A DNA stretch of 64,000 nucleotides, taken from Eledone cirrhosa. Taxonomy: Eukaryota. The notes under the pieces are model-generated. The model made no database searches. It saw only the letters and a list, made by a program, of their open reading frames with translations, and was not told where the DNA came from. A program made the translations under genes and the position numbers. Of this stretch, positions 53,300 to 64,000 are shown one piece after another. Each line of letters starts with the position of its first letter. Position 1 is the stretch's first letter. Where the stretch lies: assembly GCA_964016885.1 (NCBI GenBank), contig OZ024740.1, forward strand, positions 94,860,001-94,924,000, given 5' to 3'.

Positions 53300-54300
53300 G
53301 GGACAAAATTCTACAATATATTCAACACCAAATAGAAAAAAGATATAAGAACATTAATGCTGAGAAATTAAACAAAATTATTATTAACATATAACTGGTA
53401 AAACAGCCAAAATAGACCTAAATTTATTTGTAAATATAAGTAAATCTAGTTAACATGAAATACTTATTTATACGCAAATATGTGAAAAGGTTTATTATTA
53501 TGACTCAATATAAATCTAAATAAACAGGAAGCAGCCAGTTAGCTATGAGACCATATATAATTCGAAAGTCAATTTCTCCGTTAAATTGGTTAACATTATA
53601 GTGGAGATTGATTGTTTACTATGTCAAACAGAACATTTAATCAGTCTTTCAAGATCTGAATTTTAATTATTCAGTGAATACATTCAGTTGTTCTATACTG
53701 AACCGGAACAGACAGTCTCACTCAACATTCCGACCATATTAATATATGCAATATATGCCACGAATAAAAATAAATTATTTGTTTTCGACATTTTTGTGTG
53801 TATTGACAGACCATAATTAATGAAGGGTGATGGCAAGGTAAATGGTGGAATAATAGCCTGTTGATGTATCATATTAGGATTCCTATATATGATCTGAATT
53901 ATCAGGACATTGTTTTATGTAATGTTGACAGAGTTACAGAAACAGTGGCCGCAACAGCAGTAGTTTTATTAGATATACAAGATATACCAAATAAACGATG
54001 TATATATAGATATATATATATATATAACATATGGACGAGGTGTTAAAGTTTGCTTACATTTATTGAGGTGTGACGAGCTTTTCTCGATTCAATCTGTATC
54101 AATCGAGATAGGTTCTGGAATCAAAAGCTCATCTGACTTGTCTTTTGATAATGACTGAATGCTTTCCTTACAGCTTTGAGTAAATATTCTCAAAGATGGA
54201 ACATGTAGATATGATATATTGACTCATTAAATAGGATGCAAATACAGTGTCTGTCAAACAGATATTTTCTATTTAGTGCTGGATTTGTCAACCATATAAA
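53300..54300 (-). pseudogene. Decayed Cys-loop receptor, copy G
   Basis: IWLTN; RIFTQSCKESIQSLSKDK (I at +4 and D at +10 as in Cys-loops; second Cys lost); IWYILYI; RNPNMIHQQAIIPPFTL..FVAYIAYINMVGMLSETV in a single frame. Confidence 0.62.
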
Positions 54301-54339
54301 CTCACAGGAGCCAATTATGAGATGATCCTACCACAGAGC

Positions 54340-54582
54340 TCTTCATGGAACATGTTCAATATATGCGGCTTAATTTGCAAGTCAGCTGGTGAACTGACCA
54401 AGCGATGTAGCATGCAAGAAGACACATTGAAGCCGGTAATGCCAGGAGAGAGACAGTTCAACAGTCAAGTTTTTGAAAATGCTTGCAAAACAAAAGGTGA
54501 TCTGCAAAGTAACCTGCGTTCACAAGGGCGTGCTTTGTTCAATGAAACGACTTCAGTTTTTTTACATGAAGTGGCAATATAA
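54340..54582 (+). mobile_element. RTE-like LINE 3' end (degenerate zinc fingers)
   Basis: ICGLICKSAGEL..ACKTKGDLQSNLRS, similar to 35470-35545. Confidence 0.5.
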
Positions 54583-54593
54583 ATACACATACA

Positions 54594-54662
<69 letters not shown>

Positions 54663-55372
54663 TATTTACGTATCGACTGAGAGAATAAAAGGGGATGATA
54701 GGTGATACATATAGTTATTTGCCAAGTAGCGTATGCCAAACATGCTCGATACTAGTGCCGGCAGTATTAAATATATATTCGAAGTGTTAATATTTAGTGG
54801 GCTAGAGAGTTAGCAGAGCGTAAGCACGTGGGAAAGTAAGAAATCGGAGAATAGACCGTTAAAACATGTTTATTTAAAACACCACCTATGTACGTTTCGC
54901 CCAGTTGGGCTTCTCAAGCGCATAAATAATCAAAAGTGTTCCTTACATAGCTCGGAAAGAGTTTCTGGGGTTAAATCCACCTCAAGGTTCATTGCTCGCA
55001 AAAATAGCTTGTTTTGATTTTGCAGTAGGTCAAGGGAAGTAACTCTGGCCGTTGTTAGCGCAGTCTTTCCCGGACGAATTTGTTATCCGCTACGTGATGA
55101 GGTTACAACCTTACCATTGTCGAGACGCATGTAACGGACGCTTATTTTGAGAGATGTTTTTGCCGCATTTCTTTGTCTGAGTCGTTTGAGGCTGGGTCCG
55201 GTATGCAAGGATAGTTTCCTGGGTCTTATTTTGCAGCGCCTGCCCGCCGGGGTGTTAAGACTTGTTGCAGGAAGATCCGGTGCACGGTTTCACTCTTCAT
55301 GCTTAACTCATCTGAAGAAGGCTATTTTTAAGCGATGTGTACAACCTATCGCTGTTTCAGCTCTGCTGTTGA

Positions 55373-55411
<39 letters not shown>

Positions 55412-55456
55412 GTGACGAAACATATGTCAATTGCATGAACTCATAATCCTTTATTT

Positions 55457-55512
55457 ACTGCTATATATGTTTCGATTATACCCATTGAATGGCTATGACC
55501 TCATCAGGCAGT
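55457..55512 (-). ncRNA. Type I hammerhead, near intact
   Basis: ACUGC CUGAUGA GGUCAUAGCCAU uca AUGGGUAUAAUC GAAA CAUAUA UA GCAGU. Confidence 0.8.
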
Positions 55513-55838
55513 TAGTCAGTTCTTAGATAGGCCAGCTCTGTGTGTATAGTGTTGATGGTATCCGAGCCTTGGGTCATATGAGCTTGTTAAGAATAATTTA
55601 ATGTTGTCAGCAGGAATAGTCTTAATTCTCTTTGGTCAGTTTTTAGATGCTAGTTGGGTTGGTATTTGACCTCAAAGAGGCAAGTGGTGTTGTTAAGTTC
55701 AAACCATCAGGCAAGATGACAATAGTTCCATATGACTGATTTTCACAAAAAGCATTCCTGGTCAGATATGTATTCAATTCAGGTTAATAGTATGAAATAG
55801 ATACTACAGGTCATTCTTAAATTGAGTAAGTTATGTGT

Positions 55839-56090
55839 AGTGGTACTACTGAAAATTATAGTTAGAGTAGAATACTAGAAAATTTACAAATAAAAAGACT
55901 TATGTAGGTTGACTTGCACTTACACTCACACCCACCTCCACATCCACACATACAAATTGAGGAATTAATGTGGGGTGGTAATACTGAAAATAATGGTTAT
56001 AGTCAAATACTGAGAAATTTAGAAATTTTAGAAATAAAAATACTTATGTTGTTTAACTTGTACTTACACTCACACCTACCCCCTCACACC
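55839..56090. repeat. ~135 bp tandem duplication
   Basis: gtggta.tactgaaaat...acttacactcacacc occurs twice. Confidence 0.7.
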
Positions 56091-56822
56091 GAGTAGGCGC
56101 CTTAAACCATTAAACCGAACGACTGTGACAACTCTTAACATCTTAAATTAGATAACTGAACGACAGCTTTCATATTGTCGGAAAAAAATAATCGTATATA
56201 TACAGCTATTACAAAGCGCTGAGAGGAAATGAATATAACGAAATGTGTTCTCATAAGTAGAAATACAAGATGGTCATTTGTAAAATAACATGAACATTCT
56301 TTAAAGACTGAAAAATGATGCCTTCGGCCGCTACGAGGAGTCGAATCTCATTACGTGGAGTGAAATTGTCATAGCAGCCGTTTTTATGGTATCTTCACCC
56401 TATTGTATTAATTACTTTATAGCATATCCGTGACTGAGCGTATCATACTCGATATATATTAATATATTCAATACTTCAGGCAAACTCTATACAATTCAAT
56501 ATAATAGGTCTATATATGTGTGCTTATTATAAAGATTATGCACTTATACTCCGCAGAGAAGAAACATCATTGTTTTTAATCATGTTATTGGAGTGAAGTC
56601 CATTTATTTTGAGTGAAGTCCATTCATGTTGCTTAAACCTACTCTGCTTACCTAGTGCGCTTATGCCTCATTAAGTATTATCCTTACTATAATATTTAAC
56701 ATTGTATCTCTAAGCATTGGTCACACTTCTCTTAGGCTAGTGGCATCTAATATATTATATCTGAGTTATTTCTCTCCTACTCTTATGATGTATGTATTTT
56801 CTTCGATATATATATATATATT

Positions 56823-57015
56823 TAATAATTGTTTCTACATTTGGCACAAGGCCAGTAATTATCCCAGTGTATTACTGGTACTTTATTTTATCGACCCCAT
56901 AAGGATAACATGCAAAGTTAACCTCGGCGGGATTTGAACTCTGACTATAAAGGGCCGTAACTATTTGCTGCAAAGCATGTCATCCGACTCTCTACCGATA
57001 CTGCGAATCCACCGC

Positions 57016-57018
<3 letters not shown>
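56823..57018 (-). mobile_element. Octopus-type SINE
   Basis: Full-length match to the 12283-12475 family. Confidence 0.9.
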
Positions 57019-57053
<35 letters not shown>

Positions 57054-57299
57054 ATATATATTAAAAGGCGCAGCCAATAATTTCCAAGTCTCTAACAATG
57101 ATATATTACCTTGTATATCCCCGCCAAAGACAATACAACAACTAACGACACTACGACAGGAACACCAACAATGCGGAGACAATATTAAGTGCAACTACAT
57201 GATCTCCTAATTCCTCTCTACGATTGTTCGCCTCATAATTAAGATATCACTAGATGTATGTGATAGCACATATTACCGCCTCAGCTGTATCAATGACTG

Positions 57300-59136
57300 C
57301 AATAATAACGAATACTTAGCAACGTACATAATAGGCACTATGGATGTAGTTTCCCTGTATCCATCCATTCACATTGATTTTGCTGTGGAACAATTTGTGG
57401 AAATAGTCAGTGAGAGTGAGGAAGAGTCCTGTGAAGTTCATACGGACGAACTCTCCCTCCTGTTTAATCGTACATGTCAAAATGAATGTTTAAATAAATG
57501 TGACCTTAGCAGTTTCTTCTCTAGTAGAGCCATAAGAGGTAGACCACCCACCATAACTTCAATGGCTAAAAGGACTCCCATAAGAAGATGGAATGGATGG
57601 ATCAAATCTGTACGGACACCCAACAACAACAATTAGGGGAGAAAAATGATGACACATGCGGTAGGGGCTAGTATTATAACTACCCTCATGGACCACATGT
57701 TTTAATTTAATCGGAAAATGTACACCCAGGATGAAGGAGCAGCAATTGGTCTCAGCATAGCTGGCGATATTTAAAGTGTAGTGGGAAAAAAGACTCAGAG
57801 AACTCCTAGCAGAAAACACCATAGCGCTCCTCATGTACACTCTTTTGTATAGGATAAAATATAGTAATAAAAGCAACCCCACAAAAGAGTACGAATAATC
57901 CCTAATTAGAAACTAACACAATGGAGAGCATGCAGCAGATAGCTAATCCCATACATCACAGCATAACAGCAACTAGCAACTATACTTCCAAACACCCTAA
58001 CAATTGACTACCAGTATTAGACACTAAATTCTGGTTTAACACTATATACAAGAAAATGCAAGTTCTCCACTCATATTATGCTAAACCCATTTCCTCGAAA
58101 TTCCTTATACACAAAAGCTCAATTGTGCTAAGTTTAATATTCTGATCGCAGAATTGTTAAGAGTGATGAAGAATATTTCCCGCATATTTCAACCAACTGA
58201 ACTGGAAAGACACGTACACCACTTCATTAATAGCAGGCAGTTCTCTACAGAGAATCGGAGTCAACAAAGAAAGCACCGAGAAAAATAAGACCCTGGTGGA
58301 GCTGGTCATGAAAGGGATTTGCCCATTGAACAGGAGCAAATCAGGGTATAGCATAGATATGTCTAAGCATAAGAAAGTGAAAGCCACTTCATAGTGTGAC
58401 AACCAGATATACCTGTGTCATGTTCTTAGATACAACCACTGGATGTGATATAGCTAACTAGTTTAGAACGACCGTAAGAAAGAACCATTTAATGATTAAA
58501 GTGGCAGAAAAGCCAGAATATATGAGAAAATCCCTGATCAGTAAATCTTTCCTTTTTATGAAAACAAACTGTACTAATAAGAAATGTGATATATGTAGAA
58601 TAAATAAACAAGTAAATTGTAAAGCTAGAAATGTAGTCTAAAACATAAGATGTGCAAAGGGTACTTGCAGAAATATGACAACATCATACATAGGAGAGAT
58701 AGCTCGGGGCAGAGGGGAGGGAGTAGAATAACACTGGGGTGAACTAAAGGGACAAAAAGACGTTTCGGTACTATATGAACGCGCCAGACGAAGACATAAC
58801 TAAAATAATATCTAAACACAAAAAGTGAGACAAATGGTACACAAATCAGGGAAGCAACATACCTAGTACAATAAAAACTGAAGTTGAACAGAAAAAAATT
58901 GAATTAAATGACAATAATCATACACATACACACAATAGTGATCAAAGATAGAATACAAACACACAAATAATCAGACACGAACACCGCACCAAACAGAAAA
59001 ACACACCATCACATACGCAAACAAAGACAAAACTAAATAAATAAATAAAACATAGAATATACATTACATTACAACGGAAGGAAACATAATAGTACCACTG
59101 ATGATGACACATGTGTGTGATGAAAGAACGTTGATT

Positions 59137-59141
<5 letters not shown>
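57300..59141 (+). mobile_element. Degenerate PLE (RT + GIY-YIG remnant) ending in a hammerhead
   Basis: IGTMDVVSLYPSI; GKMYTQDEGAAIGLSIAG; LPVLDT..W; CKARNVV; AC-rich 3' UTR then CUGAUGA..GAAAGAAC at 59093-59136. Confidence 0.82.
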
Positions 59142-59184
<43 letters not shown>

Positions 59185-59286
59185 AATCAACGTTCTTTCA
59201 TCACACATATATATATATATATAGTAAATCAACGTTCTTTCATCACATATATATATATATATAGTAAATCAACGTTCTTTCATCAC

Positions 59287-59328
<42 letters not shown>

Positions 59329-59330
<2 letters not shown>

Positions 59331-60575
59331 GTCATACATCAATATATATGATAAACACAAAACGTGTTTGCATTGCAACAGACAAAGTTAGCTATCAATG
59401 AAATAAACTAATTAAAGTGAATACAATGTGTCTGTATCGATATAAGTCAATAAAGACAAGCTTATATTGGCAAAAGCCATGACTCCTGGACAAATCTAAA
59501 TTTCAAAATCCAAACCCGCTCCGTAGATGAATTTGAACTTCGAAACCTAAATATGTTTCACAACGATGGTACATGAATTGAAAAATAAAGAGAATCGAAA
59601 TGGAATTGAAATAAAAAGTGAAATATTCAAATCTTCTGTGCTTATCAACAGGAATCCAGTAAAATTAGTACATTCCACCATCAAAAATGTTGCAGGTCTG
59701 ACTACACGTGTGTGTAGCCAGCCAAACTAGCCGTCCCGCATTCCCGGTGCTAGAAATAATGGCCGTTTATACAGGATTAAAGATCAGATCTACATTTAAG
59801 GAGCAATATATAATATTATATTTTGAGATTAAACTCTCAGTCGTTTACAATTAATCAGCTCCAAGAAAGAGGCATTTCCGAGCAGTTAAATACATGTTAT
59901 ACATCAATATATATGATAAACACAAAACGTGTTTGCATTGCAACAGACAAAGTTAGCTATCAATGAAATAAACTAATTAAAGTCAATACAATTTGTCTGT
60001 CTCGATATAAGTCAATAAAGACAAGCGTATATTGGCAAAAGCCGTGATTCCTGGACAAATCTAAATTTCAAAATCCAAACTTGAATTTGAACTTCGAAAC
60101 CTAAATATGTTTCGCAACGATGGTACATGAATTGAAAAATAAAGAGAATCGAAATGGAATTGAAATAAAATTGAAATATCGAAATCTTCTGTGCTTATCA
60201 ACAGGAATCCAGTAAAATTAGTACATTTCCATTTCGATTCCCTTTATTTTTCAATTCATGTACCATCGTTGCGAAACATATTTAGGTTTCGAAGTTCAAA
60301 TTCATCTACGGAGCGGGTTTGGATTTTGAAATTTAGATTTGTCCAGGAATCACGGCTTTTGCCAATATAAGCTTGTCTTTGTTGACTTATATCGAGACAG
60401 ACAAATTGTATTCACTTTAATTAGTTTATTTCATTGATAGCTAACTTTGTCTGTTGCAATGCAAACACGTTTTGTGTTTATCATATATATTGATGTATAA
60501 CATTATTTAACTGCTCGGAAATGCCTCTTTCTTGGAGCTGATTAATTGTAAACGACTGAGAGTTTAATCTCAACA
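59329..60575. repeat. Tandem plus inverted pLTR array upstream of a Naiad-type element
   Basis: 59329-59678 matches 59892-60228; 60226-60572 is the inverted copy. Confidence 0.9.
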
Positions 60576-60584
60576 TATAATATA

Positions 60585-60639
<55 letters not shown>

Positions 60640-60643
<4 letters not shown>

Positions 60644-62360
60644 TAAATTAGACAATTATCGGTAGAAACCGAACAGTCAAAAACAGAGATACAAAAAACT
60701 TCGACTCTTACGATTTTAACGCATTTAAAAGCCCTCATCGCAACACCTTATTAAACTAATTTGAAGGTGATCTAATTAAACTAGTTAAGAAAATAAGGTA
60801 CAAAAACCTCGTAATAGAAACAACACTTTCTTAAACAACATCAACTCCACTATTAAAGGATTTAATAAATATAAAAAAGTTCTTGTAAATGCAGATAAAA
60901 CTAATAATATATATAGCTTAGGTTACGATACTTATAAACCATTTATATATAAAGAACTGCATAGGAGCTATAGGAAAACTACTACTAAAAACCTAGCAGA
61001 TATACATATAGAAGGCCGTTGTGTAGTGTGTAAATTGGGACTTCAGAGATATCCACAGTCATACACCCCTAACCCCCCAAAATTCTCTCTGAAGGATCAT
61101 AAAGAAGACTTAATTAGTAACCATTCGATAAGACGAATTTTCCCTTCCAAATCTGACATTGGTATTATCAGCAAGAAAATATTAGATCGAATCGTCCCAC
61201 AATTTAAGCACAAAATATATATTACCCAATGGGGAAATACAGGTGAAGATATTGAATAGATCAAGGATATTAAAGAGAGTAAAAAAAAATATATATACAA
61301 TTGATATCAATTCATACTACACCTCTATTTCCCCTATCCTATTAAATAAGGTTTTAATTATGTCCATGAACAATAGTGACCTGACTAGATCCCAAATAGA
61401 TGTCATATTTGCGGCCCTAAAATCCATAATTATATAACAACTTTGACATAACTATGAGATCTAGTGATTCGGCACATGTCACTAATTTGGTGGGCCTATA
61501 TCTACTAAATGAAATTCATAAGAACCTACCCTACCTCAATGGTGGTTTATACCGCGCTGATGCACTACTCCTTATATAATATAAAACAAATTAATATAGA
61601 AAAACTAAGAAGCAATTACACCAAATTTTTGAAAAACTTCAACTTAAGTATCACCTTTGATAAAAACACTAAAAACGTTAACTTCCTTGGTGTAACCTTT
61701 TGCCTAGACTCTAAAATATACACACCCTTTCATAAACCAAACGAAAAACTAATTTATGCGAATACCAGCTGTAACCACCCTAAATCCATATTAATCTCAA
61801 TTACTAAAGGAATATCTAATATAATCTCTAATCTATCATATAACGAAACCATATTTAACAATAATTCACAATACTATAATTAGCTTAATCAGGACATAAT
61901 AATGTAATTGAATTCCTACCTATAAAATGACATAGTTACAACATCATTTCTCACAATATGGCAATGAGGAAGAATAATAAAAGTACTAGCCCCTATAACT
62001 CTAACACGAAGGGTAATATCAAACTTAATTCGCACCAAAGTAAACACCACGACAATAATATAAACAGTAATACAAATACCTAAAAAAACATTACAAAAAA
62101 CAAAATTAGAAGAAAAGCTAATACATTCTTCAATCCCCTTTCAATCTAAACGTCTCTACCAACTTGCCTAATGCTTTCTTCTCAATCTTGGAAAAAAACT
62201 TCCCATCCGGCCACAATTACCATAATCTTATCAATAAAAATACCATTAAAATCTATTACTCTACCATACCTAACATCGGATACCATATAGCTGGTAGTAA
62301 TAAAAGGAAGATTAATAATTTATTTCCAACACTACCGACACTGGTTCCATAATTTTAAAC
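60640..62360 (+). mobile_element. Degenerate Naiad-type PLE (GIY-YIG not evident)
   Basis: NADKTNNIY; FSLKDHKED..IRRIFPSKSDIGIISKKILD; IDINSYYTSI; VNFLGVTFCL..PFHKPN..NHPKSI. Confidence 0.9.
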
Positions 62361-62849
62361 CTAGCTGATAGTATATAACACTGCCAGATTTGAATTCCTC
62401 ACCACCATGAAGACTTCACATCTAGGACGTATCAGCCCCCACAGCAACACACTATTTGATCAGCTCTTTCCTCTACACAACTCCTATTTATCTCTAACCT
62501 TGTACTCTACAATAACTTTTAGAATCAAGCATACGGTTACGACCTTTTGATATAACTACTATAGCTTAATTATATTATATACAGTAATAGATATAGAATA
62601 TGTAGAGACATGTAATGTAATATGTAATAATAAATTGTATATACATTTCTAATTAAATATTTAAATTAATAGCATGTACATAAGGGATTTACTTTTAACA
62701 CAATATAATAATAATAAAGTATATATACATTCATAATTAAATATATAAAGTAATAGAATTGTATATAAGGGATTAACTGTTAACACAATAATGTATATTA
62801 TTACACAAATGATATAACTACTTGGACATGTAGACAGCTATACAATGTT

Positions 62850-64000
62850 TCCATAGCATACATCTTGTCCAGTAATGAATAGATAACAATCTAAAAACGT
62901 GTTCTATTCATTTGCTAAGTATCACAAGGTCACCGTCTACACTGTTGGCCCTCTAGTTGATGATAGTGGCACACTCCAAACAATGCCAAAACCATGGGTG
63001 AGATACTGCAGAAACAATACTGCTCTGTTTTCAGCAATCCTGATATGGCCGATCTGGTCTGTATCAGTAATGTTAATCACCAACACACTATACCAGACAT
63101 AACCTTTGGCACCCCTGATGTCTTAGCGGCAATACACGAAATTAAACACAATTCAACAGTAGGCCTCAACAGATTCCCTGCTTGTGTCCTTAAGGTGTGT
63201 CGACACCAACTTGCATCTCATCTTGCTAATCTGTGGAGGAACTCACTGGACACTAGCTATATTACTGAACACTTTCTGTCCCACTCCGTTGTCCAAGTCA
63301 TCAAAAAGGGAAATAAGTTAATCGCAGTGAACTATCTTCCGATCTCACTCACCTCTCATATTATCAAGGTATTTGAGAGGATGGTGAGATCACGAATAAC
63401 CCACTTTTTTTAAAGCAACAGCCTGCTGAACTCCAACCAATATGGGTTTCGTAACGGAAGGGACTGCCTAACGCAGCTCCTGCATCACATTGACGATGTT
63501 TTGAGTGCCTTGATGTCATCTACCTTGACAGGGTTTATCATAAGTTTCTACTGAAAAAAACTATCCAATGTTCGTGTCTCTGGAAGGTTACTAGAGTGGA
63601 TCAAATGTTTCCTGACAGGCAGAAGCCAGCATCCTGTAGTCGAAGGAGTAAAATCAAGCCCTTCCAAACTCATCAGTGTCAACCCACAAGGTACTGTGTT
63701 GGGCCCACTGTTGTTCATCATCTACATTAAAGACTTTACTGACATCATCAAACACAGCAACATAACAATCTTCGCAGATGATTCCAAGCCCCAAAGGGTC
63801 ATCAATTAGCTGGTTGACCGGACTTGCATTCAGTCAGACCTACTGGCTGTTATCCAATGGGCAGAAAATAATAACATGCTGTTGAATGAGGATAAGTTTG
63901 AATTAATCCACTTTGGAAAAAAGGATGCCCTGAAACTACCATACTCTCTTCCTGCAGGTGAAAATCTAGTCGCATCCAACAACATGAGATACCTGGGCGT
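62850..64000 (+). mobile_element. CR1-group LINE reverse transcriptase, degenerate, runs off the window
   Basis: KKGNK..NYLPISLTSHIIKVFERMV; QYGFRNGRDCLTQLL; PQGTVLGPLLFIIYI; IFADDSK. Confidence 0.93.

Noticed and set aside
59110-59290. CRISPR-like repeat-spacer array
   Set aside because: Spacers are only (AT)n, the context is eukaryotic, and there are no cas genes.

Overview
AT-rich, microsatellite-saturated animal DNA, most likely octopus, judged from a recurring tRNA-derived SINE I recognise from Octopus and the very high (TA)n density. I found no intact protein-coding gene; the many 'YIYI' ORFs are microsatellite artefacts. Three layers are visible. (1) At least 8 heavily decayed, apparently intronless Cys-loop ligand-gated ion channel (nAChR-like, possibly chemotactile-receptor-like) remnants lie on the minus strand between about 16 and 54 kb. 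They are recognisable only by stitching frames and several are split by transposons. (2) There are many Penelope-like retroelements (Naiad-type and others) and their tandem or inverted pLTR debris, carrying about 20 type I hammerhead ribozyme motifs with several core variants, often as fold-back pairs next to (TA)n. (3) There is also an internally deleted Helitron, CR1/L2-type and RTE LINE pieces, and SINEs. All calls are by eye and boundaries are approximate.
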